A stretch of DNA of 32,000 bases from Erysipelothrix larvae (GTDB lineage: Bacteria > Bacillota_I > Bacilli_A > Erysipelotrichales > Erysipelotrichaceae). Below are positions 1 through 8,200 of the stretch, piece by piece. Location of the stretch: the NCBI RefSeq assembly GCF_001545095.1, contig NZ_CP013213.1, positions 1,980,001 through 2,012,000 of the forward strand, in the 5' to 3' direction. The position numbers and the translations under genes are program-made. Under the pieces are notes generated by a model. The model was not told the origin of the DNA, made no database searches, and saw only the letters and a program-made list of their open reading frames with translations. Each line of letters opens with the position of its first letter. Positions within the stretch are counted from its first letter, which is position 1.

Positions 1-1
1 G

Positions 2-1507
2 CGTATGATTGCGGAAGAACGCAGTGAACTGGGAACCCTCACATCCCTTGGCTTTAAAGACAAAGAAATCACAGGCGCATATCTTCTTTATGTCTTGTCA
101 TCTTCGGGTGTTGGTGCCCTGATTGGATTTGTACTGGGTAGTTTCATCATCCCACCGGTTATCTTTTCAACCTTTGACTTCTCAATTCCACCCCTTATCA
201 ACGATCTCAACTTCCCACTTTTTGGAATCATGCTTCTCATTATTGCAGGGATGATGAGTGTGGTCACGATGTGGTCGTGCAATACTGAACTCAAACACAT
301 GCCCGCAAACCTGATGCGTCCCCTTCCTCCAAAGAAAGGTCAAAAGATATTCCTAGAGAACATCCCCTTTATTTGGTCTCGCTTATCCTTTACGTGGAAA
401 GTAACGATTCGTAACATGTTCCGTTATAAAAAACGTGGCCTTATGACACTGGTGGGTGTATCAGCTTGTACTGGACTTCTAGTGACGGGCTTTGGGATTC
501 GCGACAGTGTGAATGGTGTAGTGGAAAAACAATACAATGAAATCTTCACGTATGATTCCATGGTAATCCTGAGTGATGCACTCAGCGATGTTTCACCACT
601 TCAAGATACCCTTGAGTTAAACGGTCTGATCAACCCCCTATTTGTGAATCAAAATTCGTATTCACTGCTTGGATCGGATCAAAGTATTGATGCAATCATG
701 ATTGTTCCTGAGAACCTGGATCAATTTGAAACCTACTTTAACTTAGTGGACTTTCAAACCCAGCAACCCCTCACCCTTGAAGACAATAAAATCATCCTAT
801 CTCAAAATGCTGCCAGTCTTTTATCCTTAAGCGTTGGGGAGTCCCTGACCTTTGAAAATGCAGATAAAGTGCAATTTACCGTAGAAATATCAGGAATTGC
901 AGAGAACTATCTCTCCAACTATATCTTTATGACACCACACACCTATGAAACCTTTATCAATGAGACCCTGACGTTCAACAGCGTCTTTGCGGACTTCACC
1001 ACAAACGCATCTCAATTAGGTGAAGTGTTAATGGCTTTAGATGACGTGGTAAGCATTACCTTTACCCAGGACATCATTCAAGCTGCTCTGGATGCCAATA
1101 GTGGGTTAAACAGTGTGGTAACCTTAATCGTAATTATCGCTTCGATCTTAGCCCTTGTAGTGCTGTACAACCTAACATCCATTAACATCAGTGAACGCAT
1201 TCGTGAGATTGCGACCTTGAAAGTTCTTGGATTCAAAGATCATGAAACCAATGCCTATATCTATCGAGAAGCCTTGATCCTCTCCATCATCGCAATCTTT
1301 ATTGGCATGGGATTGGGGATTGGACTCCATCGCTTTGTGATTGGCCTTGTGGAACTGGTTGGTAGCATCTTCTTTAGAACCATTGAACCCTTAACCTTTG
1401 TGATTTCATTTGTGATGACATTGGGTTTCATCATGATCATGCAAGGGGTCACCTATCTTAAGATCAAGACCATCAATATGATTGAGTCCTTGAAATCTGT
1501 TGAATAA
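2..1507 (+). CDS. ABC transporter permease, FtsX/MacB-type (C-terminal part; 5' end lies outside the window)
   Basis: The ORF is open to the window edge. The end of one FtsX domain is visible (ERSELGTLTSLGFKDKEI followed by TM helices). This is followed by a new TM (KKRGLMTLVGVSACTGLLVTGF) and a roughly 230-aa extracytoplasmic region. A second FtsX signature then follows (SERIREIATLKVLGFKDHETNAYIYREAL plus 3 TM helices). Confidence 0.85.
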   Translation, partial: RMIAEERSELGTLTSLGFKDKEITGAYLLYVLSSSGVGALIGFVLGSFIIPPVIFSTFDFSIPPLINDLNFPLFGIMLLIIAGMMSVVTMWSCNTELKHMPANLMRPLPPKKGQKIFLENIPFIWSRLSFTWKVTIRNMFRYKKRGLMTLVGVSACTGLLVTGFGIRDSVNGVVEKQYNEIFTYDSMVILSDALSDVSPLQDTLELNGLINPLFVNQNSYSLLGSDQSIDAIMIVPENLDQFETYFNLVDFQTQQPLTLEDNKIILSQNAASLLSLSVGESLTFENADKVQFTVEISGIAENYLSNYIFMTPHTYETFINETLTFNSVFADFTTNASQLGEVLMALDDVVSITFTQDIIQAALDANSGLNSVVTLIVIIASILALVVLYNLTSINISERIREIATLKVLGFKDHETNAYIYREALILSIIAIFIGMGLGIGLHRFVIGLVELVGSIFFRTIEPLTFVISFVMTLGFIMIMQGVTYLKIKTINMIESLKSVE

Positions 1508-1578
1508 GTTTTCAATCATCACCTTAAAAATATTTTCTTTTCGAGGTAAATTATCTAACCAAATTGAGGGTGTGAACT

Positions 1579-1587
1579 TGCTATAAT
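1579..1587 (+). promoter_or_regulatory. Candidate extended -10 promoter element (TGcTATAAT)
   Basis: An exact TGNTATAAT motif lies in the intergenic space 72 nt after the permease stop. No good -35 hexamer was seen. It points toward the C-rich hairpins and the terminator at 1720-1758. Confidence 0.3.
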
Positions 1588-1593
1588 GTAAAT

Positions 1594-1758
1594 GGTCAAA
1601 TATTATCAAGCTTGAATTCTATCCCCCCACACAACTAGAATTTTATATAAGCAAATTTGGTTAAAACACCCTTCGTGTTTATCCCACAGTCAACCAAAGA
1701 TATATTTGATTATCAATAAAAAAACGTCTGGCAAATCTTCCCCCCTCAGACGTTTTTT
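1594..1758 (+). ncRNA. Candidate small RNA, or structured 3'UTR of the permease gene, with C-rich loops
   Basis: Hairpin 1615-1621/1636-1642 has loop UCCCCCCACACAAC. Hairpin 1664-1669/1675-1680 has loop CCUUC. A single-stranded AUCCCAC follows. The terminator hairpin 1724-1730/1747-1753 has a loop containing CUUCCCCCCU and is followed by a U6 tract. No ORF is present. Confidence 0.3.
1718..1758. terminator. Bidirectional rho-independent terminator between convergent genes
   Basis: Stem ACGTCTG/CAGACGT is flanked by an A-run upstream and a T-run downstream, so either strand gives a hairpin plus U-tract. It lies 40 nt beyond the stop of the minus-strand regulator and about 210 nt beyond the permease stop. 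Confidence 0.7.
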
Positions 1759-1797
1759 CATGTTTATACAAACTTATAAATCAATGGACGCGATCTT

Positions 1798-3246
1798 TTA
1801 TCCTTGCGATAAAAGCGCACTTTCTGCTTGAACTAACTTTTTTCTTAAATCAGTCCATGATTCATCCAAGAAGAATTCATCCAAACACAGGATGTCACAT
1901 CCTGTGTATCTCAATCCAGGTTTATTGGTAATGAGCACCTCAAATCGATCTAAATCCCGATACAATTCCTCATAGGTTCTGCAATCCAGGACTTCAAAGT
2001 GAATGTGTTCACCAAATTCATGTCCCAAAACTTCTTTCGCAAATAAAGCATGTTCAATATCACTGTCAAAGAAGATCGCAACATCAATCTCGCGATCGCG
2101 TTTCTTAAATAAGGTCATGAGTCCTTCCCAGTGTGTAATAAAGATATACAACACGTTGTATTTCATCACCTGATATTTTTTATCACTAAACAAGGAATCA
2201 TAGACATCAATCATTTGCTTCACAAGAATCGGATTGTAAAGTTCTAAGTGTGTCACAAAGTGCCGATCACGATCATAGACAATATACGGCGTCTTATTGG
2301 CCTCTTTCATCACATCAAATAATGTCACAACCAGTTCATCATAACTGGTAAATTCCATCCCTGTGGTCTGTGTAAAGCGTTGTAATAACTCAACAACCTT
2401 ATCATAGATCTCTTTTTCTTTATCATCTACCAAGAGTGATTCAAGTTCTTTAGCTGTTAATGCAATCGATGTTTTATCAAACAAATATGGAATACAGAAA
2501 TGCACAATCGAAGGGGTGAGTTTGATACCAAAGGCACTTCTAAATTTCTGATTCACAGCATCGAAATCATTTACGTAATCTGTAATCTCTTCTTCAACGG
2601 TATCTTGGGGTGATCCGATATAGTATTTCAACCGCACATAAAACCGTAAAAGAACCAGGTTAAAGTCCTGATTGTTTTGAATGAGTTTATTGGTGAGTTC
2701 AATGCTATGAAGTAATAATTCAACTGCTTCAATTTCTTCAGGTTTCATAAACAGATTGACTCTGTTGTATTTCTCAAGGAAAAAAATTGTAAACAATTGA
2801 ATGATTGCTTTGGTATCCCCTTTTATTTCCAAAGGATTGGATGAAATCTGGATGTTGAACTTTTCAAGTCCCTTATTGATTTGTTGGATCAAGCGTCGAA
2901 CGGTCACTTCACTTAAGAATAATCGCTCTGCAAGTCCCCCAATACTCCATACTTTTTGTAAGAAAATATCTTCTAATACACGAAGTTCCACACTTTCTTC
3001 AAGTATTTTATCAAATAAGTAGCGTTCATTGTACTCACTTGGTATATACAGCTCTACCCCTTCAGAAGTTGAGACAATTTGGGTAGGTTCACACATCTCG
3101 TTAATACGTTTTATATCTCCCCACAAGGTCCTCTCAGGTACATTTGAGCCTTTACTGAGTGCTTGTAAGGAAGTTTTACGGGTATCAACAAGGTAATCTA
3201 GGATCTGAACGATACGTTGATCTCGTTTCGATAGTAAATTAATCAT
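1798..3246 (-). CDS. Mga/AtxA-like helix-turn-helix transcriptional regulator
   Basis: 482 aa. There are two N-terminal HTH-like segments: RDQRIVQILDYLVDTRKTSLQALSKGSNVPERTLWGDIKRINE and WSIGGLAERLFLSEVTVRRLIQQINKGL. A long alpha-helical regulatory region follows, which is the architecture of Mga-family stand-alone regulators. It is divergent from the M20 cassette. Confidence 0.65.
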   Translation of the reverse strand: MINLLSKRDQRIVQILDYLVDTRKTSLQALSKGSNVPERTLWGDIKRINEMCEPTQIVSTSEGVELYIPSEYNERYLFDKILEESVELRVLEDIFLQKVWSIGGLAERLFLSEVTVRRLIQQINKGLEKFNIQISSNPLEIKGDTKAIIQLFTIFFLEKYNRVNLFMKPEEIEAVELLLHSIELTNKLIQNNQDFNLVLLRFYVRLKYYIGSPQDTVEEEITDYVNDFDAVNQKFRSAFGIKLTPSIVHFCIPYLFDKTSIALTAKELESLLVDDKEKEIYDKVVELLQRFTQTTGMEFTSYDELVVTLFDVMKEANKTPYIVYDRDRHFVTHLELYNPILVKQMIDVYDSLFSDKKYQVMKYNVLYIFITHWEGLMTLFKKRDREIDVAIFFDSDIEHALFAKEVLGHEFGEHIHFEVLDCRTYEELYRDLDRFEVLITNKPGLRYTGCDILCLDEFFLDESWTDLRKKLVQAESALLSQG

Positions 3247-3390
3247 TTTTATACCTCTTTAGTATTATATTATCAAATTTTGCGAGAAATGACGCTTATT
3301 TTGATAATTTAAATGAAATTCTGTTTGTTACACTTAGTTCGTAAGTTAGTTACACCAATCAGGATAAACATGATGAAGGAGGAAACAATT

Positions 3391-4521
3391 ATGAACATCA
3401 ACAGAATGATTGACACATTTATTGAAATGGTAAAGATAGATTCGGTATCACGAAATGAAGGAGCATTTCATGATTACCTTAAGGGGCTATTTAAAGATTT
3501 AGGATTAGAGGTTTATGAGGACAACACAATGGAGACAACCGGTCTTGGTGGAAACAACCTCATCTTCACATTAAAAGGAAATACAGAAGGAACACCACTC
3601 TTCTTCTCAGCACATACAGATACAGTTGAGCCAGGTGTTAACATTGAACCAATTTGCGTCGATGGCATCTTATCTTCAAAAGGCGATACAATTTTAGGCG
3701 CTGATAATAAAGCTGGGATCGCTATCTTAGTTGAAATGATTCGTCATATTCAAGAAAATGACATGGCTCATCCAACACTTGAGTTTGTATTTACTCCAGG
3801 TGAAGAGATTGGACTTGTAGGTGCAGCTGCATTGGATCACTCAAAGCTTATCTCTCAATATGGATTGGTTCTTGACAGCAATGGTCCTGTAGGTGGTCTT
3901 ACAATGGCCAGCCCAACATTGATGACCTTAAGCTCAACCATTCATGGTAAATCTGCCCATGCTGGACTTGAGCCTGAAAAGGGAATCTCATCCATCACTG
4001 TGCTTGCAGACATTATTAATAACCTAGAACTTGGCCGACTCAACGCAAACACAACCGCAAATGTTGGAGTTATCTCTGGAGGAAGTGCAACCAATGTAGT
4101 CTGTGACAAGGCTGAAATGAAAGCAGAGCTTCGCTCCATTGATCTTCAAGAGTTTGAAGTCACAAAGCAAAAGATGCTTGATACGATTGAAGCAATTGCA
4201 TCAAAGCATGGCGCAACCCATGAAACAACAACACAAATACTATCTCAAGGATACCAATTTACACAAGATATGCCATTTGTACAACTCTTAGTTGATGCAT
4301 TGAGCGTCTATGACCTTACACCAAACTACATGGTTTCAGGTGGTGGAAGTGATGCGAACGCATTTAATGCAGGTGGAAAGCAAGCAATTAATATCTCCAT
4401 TGGGTATGAGGAGATTCATACAACCAATGAGTACATTCCGGTTCAAGAAATGAAGCGATGCGTCTTATTATGCCTCGAGCTGATTAAGCGCATGGCACAA
4501 GGGAATCATGATCTTAAATAA
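3391..4521 (+). CDS. M20 family metallopeptidase, PepT-like (tripeptidase-like)
   Basis: The ATG at 3391 is preceded by GAAGGAGG. The longer ORF from 3313 has no RBS. M20 metal and catalytic motifs are present: FFSAHTDTV, GADNKAGIA, FTPGEEIGLVGA, GKSAHAG, and GGGSDAN plus a C-terminal H. Confidence 0.9.
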   Translation: MNINRMIDTFIEMVKIDSVSRNEGAFHDYLKGLFKDLGLEVYEDNTMETTGLGGNNLIFTLKGNTEGTPLFFSAHTDTVEPGVNIEPICVDGILSSKGDTILGADNKAGIAILVEMIRHIQENDMAHPTLEFVFTPGEEIGLVGAAALDHSKLISQYGLVLDSNGPVGGLTMASPTLMTLSSTIHGKSAHAGLEPEKGISSITVLADIINNLELGRLNANTTANVGVISGGSATNVVCDKAEMKAELRSIDLQEFEVTKQKMLDTIEAIASKHGATHETTTQILSQGYQFTQDMPFVQLLVDALSVYDLTPNYMVSGGGSDANAFNAGGKQAINISIGYEEIHTTNEYIPVQEMKRCVLLCLELIKRMAQGNHDLK

Positions 4522-5347
4522 GATCAAAAAGATCACCCTCATCGCACTTGGCGTAGCAATTATTACCATCAGTATCCAATGGTTCCTTGCACCCTTCAGC
4601 ATTGCAGCTGGAGGGGCAAGCGGACTGGGTATAATTCTACATAATGTACTCGGAGTGAGTGTTTCTTCAGTGGTATTAGTCATGAACATCATTGTATTAA
4701 CACTCGCATTTATTTTCTTAGACTTCGATGCATTCGCAAGTGCATTTATTGGAAGTGCAATGCTTCCTGTAATGCTTGCTTTTATCCCTGAGATTCAATT
4801 GGTACAAGACCAATTATTTGCAGTAATCGTTGGAAGTATTCTCTTTGGAATTGGTGTCTTCATCCTCTTCTCCTTGAATGCTTCTAGTGGTGGAACAACC
4901 ATTCCCCCGCTCATTTTAAAGAAAAAATTCAACATCGATCCAGCACTGAGCTTGATGTTAACGGATGCAATCGTTGTAAGTTTGTCACTCTTCTTCTTTG
5001 GCGTAGAACCATTCTTACTCGCAATCGTCTCTATCTTAATTACGATGGCAACGATGAATTTCCTTAAATCCCAACAAAATGTGGGACGCTCAGTCACGAT
5101 CATCAGTTCAAAACATGAAACAATCCGCAACACCATCCAAGAAACATTAAACCGTGGCGTCACTGTACTTCATGGACAGGGTGGTTATACACTTGAGACC
5201 TTTCCAGTTCTCATGGTTGCACTTACTGGAAAAGAATACAAAGCATTAATTCAGTGTGTTAACGAGATTGATCCCGAAGCATTTATGATATCGCAAAATA
5301 CGCATAACATCTACGGATCAGGGTTCACCTACGCACGTGTCGTATAA
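4508..5347 (+). CDS. YitT family membrane protein (DUF161/DUF2179-type)
   Basis: 279 aa. Multi-TM N-terminal part (FLAPFSIAAGGASGLGIIL, GGTTIPPLIL) plus a soluble C-terminal domain (VTVLHGQGGYT...FMISQNTHNIYGSGF) typical of YitT. The start overlaps the peptidase stop by 14 nt. Confidence 0.85.
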   Translation: MILNKIKKITLIALGVAIITISIQWFLAPFSIAAGGASGLGIILHNVLGVSVSSVVLVMNIIVLTLAFIFLDFDAFASAFIGSAMLPVMLAFIPEIQLVQDQLFAVIVGSILFGIGVFILFSLNASSGGTTIPPLILKKKFNIDPALSLMLTDAIVVSLSLFFFGVEPFLLAIVSILITMATMNFLKSQQNVGRSVTIISSKHETIRNTIQETLNRGVTVLHGQGGYTLETFPVLMVALTGKEYKALIQCVNEIDPEAFMISQNTHNIYGSGFTYARVV

Positions 5348-5364
5348 AATAGGAGGTAAAACAT

Positions 5365-6525
5365 ATGAACGCACTACAATCATTTGCAATAATCATGATG
5401 ATATGGACCATTAGCGATGCCGTATCAAAGAAAACAAAGTCGCTTGTCTCGTCACTACTTGTTGCCAGTATTTTCTTTCTGGTAGGATTTAAAACGAATA
5501 TTCTTCCAGCAGATATCCTAGTGACATCTGCCCTACTCCCCTTAGGTGCAACCGTCGTAGGACTCATTATTATTCACCTAGGAACCATGCTCAGTATCGC
5601 AGAATTCAAGAAGCAATGGAAAACCGTAGTCATCGGTGTTTCCGCAATTCTAAGCGCAACAGCTGCCCTTCTTCTTGTATTCCCACTCTTTGGCTTTAGC
5701 TTCAGTGAGGCAATTGCAGCAGTTGGTGGAATCACAGGTGGAACCATTTCCGTAATCTTAGTACAAGATGCCGCAATCCCATTGGGACTGACAACCGCAG
5801 CAGTACTTCCAATCTTAATTGTCGCAATTCAAGGAATCATAGGATTCCCAATTACATCTTTCATTCTTCGTAAGGAAGCACTTCGCATTAAAGCAGAAGG
5901 TCCTTCAACACCTGTTGACACTTCAAATCAAGAAGAGAAGAAGCGTGGATTCAAGCTTCCTGAGGCACTCCAGACAACGGCTGGAACACTCTTTACACTT
6001 GCAGTATTCATGCTAATCGCATCCCAAATTGCTGCTTTAACTGGAGGCGCAATCAATGAGTTTGTTGTTGCATTACTTCTCGGTGTTGCACTACGTCACT
6101 TTGGCGTACTAAAGCCAAATGTACTCAGTGGTATTGACGCTTTTGGATTCATGATGATTACCATTATGATTATCATCTTCGGTCCTTTGGCTAACCTATC
6201 AATCCATGACCTCATCGCAATGGCTTACCCATTACTCATGGCGTTTGTAATCGGAATCAGTGGTGGTATACTGGGTGGCATCCTCGCAGGTAAGGTTGTT
6301 GGCTTTAGCACTATGATCTCAACCGCGATTTCTCTAACAATGCTCTTTGGGTTCCCAGGAACAATGATTCTTAGCCAAGAGGCTGCGAAGAGTGCTGGTG
6401 ATACACCAGAGGAGATCAGTATGATCGAAGGCGAGATTCTTCCTAAGATGATCGTTGCAGGATTCTCAACGGTAACAGTAACTTCGGTACTAATTGTTGG
6501 ATTCTTAGTTCAGTTTATTGGATAA
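5365..6525 (+). CDS. Polytopic membrane protein, probable transporter (two hydrophobic halves joined by a charged loop); family not assigned
   Basis: 386 aa. AGGAGG lies 8 nt upstream of the ATG. There are about 5+5 predicted TM segments separated by RKEALRIKAEGPSTPVDTSNQEEKKRGFKLPEA. It has a paralog at 21663-22823. Confidence 0.7.
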   Translation: MNALQSFAIIMMIWTISDAVSKKTKSLVSSLLVASIFFLVGFKTNILPADILVTSALLPLGATVVGLIIIHLGTMLSIAEFKKQWKTVVIGVSAILSATAALLLVFPLFGFSFSEAIAAVGGITGGTISVILVQDAAIPLGLTTAAVLPILIVAIQGIIGFPITSFILRKEALRIKAEGPSTPVDTSNQEEKKRGFKLPEALQTTAGTLFTLAVFMLIASQIAALTGGAINEFVVALLLGVALRHFGVLKPNVLSGIDAFGFMMITIMIIIFGPLANLSIHDLIAMAYPLLMAFVIGISGGILGGILAGKVVGFSTMISTAISLTMLFGFPGTMILSQEAAKSAGDTPEEISMIEGEILPKMIVAGFSTVTVTSVLIVGFLVQFIG

Positions 6526-6554
6526 ACCCTAACATTTCATCTTTTTCCCTTAAA

Positions 6555-6576
6555 GCTCGGTATTCCCGGGCTTTTT
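6555..6576 (+). terminator. Rho-independent terminator of the left cassette
   Basis: GCTCGG-TATTC-CCGGGC (one G-U pair) followed by TTTTT, 30 nt after the stop at 6525. Confidence 0.55.
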
Positions 6577-6585
6577 GTCTGCATT

Positions 6586-6618
6586 AAAAAGCCATTAAAG
6601 CACCTTAGTGTTAATGGC
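6586..6618 (-). terminator. Rho-independent terminator of the ATPase gene
   Basis: GCCATTAA/TTAATGGC 8-bp stem. On the minus strand it is followed by TTTTT. It lies 16 nt beyond the stop at 6634. Confidence 0.6.
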
Positions 6619-6633
6619 TGATTCATCATATGC

Positions 6634-7929
6634 TTACTTTTCGCTGATAAGTCCATTACTTTTCTTCACAAACAATTCCACATGCTTGTCAAACCACTCC
6701 ATCAAACGGTAGTGATTATAGTCTGGAAATACCGGGTTGAATTGATCATATACCCCGGACTCGTAGCGTTTGCGTATATTGTGATTCTCTCGAATCGTCT
6801 CAATATCTTCAAGTGAACTGATTTTTGCATAACTGTCTTCCTTTTGAAACACATAGATATAATGCGAATCAACATAGTTCAACAATGTTGGATAGTTCAG
6901 TGTAAAGATGGCTTGACCGGTTGCGCGTTTCAATATTTTCCCTAAGAGGTATTTCAGTGTTTCAGGACTAAAATTTCTTCCAACATTATCATAAACAACA
7001 GTATTACCCACATAACTATCTAAAAACACCGTACAGAAATCAAGGACTTCTTTATAGCTTGAAGGTAAGTGACAATCATGGGCTTTTTGAACCCCATCAC
7101 CGGTGTTCATATAGGTCACTAGTTTATAGGTAAGCATTGATCCTTCACGTTTGAATTCATAACGTACGTGGTCAACTTGGGGGTAAATTGACTTGACAAT
7201 TTCACTGATAACAATTGATGATGCTTTATAGAAATGAACCAGATCTTCTTGGGCATATCCATGCGATGATGAAACCCCGAAGTCTTCAATAATGTTTTGG
7301 TATTCCACATGGTGTAGCTCATCGGATTGAATGTGAATACGGCCACACTTACGGAGCAGTTCTCGTAAACTCTTCTTGACGCGTATTTTTTCAGACCGTT
7401 CAGCAAAATAAAAAATCGATAGGACCGTATAATCCTGACCATAGTCGTGATAATACCGTTCAACAATTTCTCGATTTCTTTGACTCAATAATTTTTCATC
7501 GATATATAATCCGGTTTCAGTCGCCGAAAATACCACGTGATACTCATTATGAGCGCGTCTAAAGAGTGATTCAGACACGATATTTCCTTCAGGGGATAAG
7601 CGGAGTTGGTAATCATAGTGATCACGATTGAAAACTAACTCATAAATGAGCACGTGATTTTGATTGGATCCCATTCTCAAATTTTGTAATGCGGCTTCTT
7701 TCAAATTAAACAGGGGTGTTTCTTTGGTCATTTGGATGACACGGGAATTATAATACAGGGCATTGCAACTCTGTTTAAGAAAGGCAAATAGATCTACAAA
7801 GCTTGACTTTCCAACCCCATTTTCACCAAATAGGAAAATGAATTGTTTAACTGCACCTTTTCGGTTTCTTAACGATATGACCCCATCTTGAAGGTTCCGA
7901 TAGTTTTCAGTATATACTTTTGCGAGCAT
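6634..7929 (-). CDS. AAA15/AAA21-like (ABC-fold) ATPase with degenerate catalytic motifs
   Basis: 431 aa. RBS AAGGAGGG. The N-terminal Walker A is intact (LFGENGVGKSSFVDLF). The C-terminal part aligns by eye to the family consensus hhhhDE..LHP...Q.I.TTHSP, but reads VVYDNVGRNFSPETL...GQAIFTLNYPTLL. Confidence 0.75.
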   Translation of the reverse strand: MLAKVYTENYRNLQDGVISLRNRKGAVKQFIFLFGENGVGKSSFVDLFAFLKQSCNALYYNSRVIQMTKETPLFNLKEAALQNLRMGSNQNHVLIYELVFNRDHYDYQLRLSPEGNIVSESLFRRAHNEYHVVFSATETGLYIDEKLLSQRNREIVERYYHDYGQDYTVLSIFYFAERSEKIRVKKSLRELLRKCGRIHIQSDELHHVEYQNIIEDFGVSSSHGYAQEDLVHFYKASSIVISEIVKSIYPQVDHVRYEFKREGSMLTYKLVTYMNTGDGVQKAHDCHLPSSYKEVLDFCTVFLDSYVGNTVVYDNVGRNFSPETLKYLLGKILKRATGQAIFTLNYPTLLNYVDSHYIYVFQKEDSYAKISSLEDIETIRENHNIRKRYESGVYDQFNPVFPDYNHYRLMEWFDKHVELFVKKSNGLISEK

Positions 7930-7954
7930 GTGAACCCTCCTTAGTTACGCATTA

Positions 7955-7963
7955 ATAATACCA
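7955..7963 (-). promoter_or_regulatory. Candidate extended -10 (TGgTATTAT) for the ATPase gene
   Basis: The minus strand reads TGGTATTAT about 26 nt upstream of the ATG and about 12 nt upstream of the RBS. No clear -35 was seen. Confidence 0.3.
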
Positions 7964-8004
7964 TTAAACAATTAAGTATTTTTTCATATCGTTGAATTTA
8001 TATT

Positions 8005-8200
8005 AAGCTAAGTCGGTGAACTACCCCCACTTAGCATACGCTCGAAGTGGGGGCTTCTTGAGAACAAAGCAAACTTAATCGACATTCCTGTCGACCAGCG
8101 GTCACTTTTATTTATCAAGCTATCCCCGATGTCCCATCGGTTTATTGTTTTTTCATTCTTAGGATTGATACGAAAGTCTTAATCCTTCATTCAGGATATT
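8005..8200 (-). ncRNA. Predicted TnpB-associated omega/right-end RNA scaffold
   Basis: The 3' end of tnpB and the right end contain stacked hairpins: CCGAT/ATCGG (about 8125-8140), TCGACA/TGTCGA (8079-8094) and CCCCCACTT/AAGTGGGGG (8024-8053). The call rests on established TnpB biology and is not verified here. Confidence 0.45.

Noticed and set aside
3313-3390. An N-terminal extension of the M20 peptidase ORF (MKFCLLHLVRKLV...). The same applies to 24790-24852 for the paralog.
   Set aside because: There is no RBS at the upstream ATGs. The extensions are unrelated between the two paralogs. Both paralogs align from the internal Met, which is preceded by a good RBS.
7119-7466. A 115-aa ORF nested inside the ATPase gene in another frame of the same strand. 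Other nested or antisense ORFs of 60-130 aa occur inside larger genes, for example 88-300, 4795-5163, 8337-8813, 9101-9454, 22089-22406 and 28034-28372.
   Set aside because: All lie entirely within longer ORFs that have clear family motifs. None has an RBS or recognisable motifs. ORFs of this kind are expected by chance.
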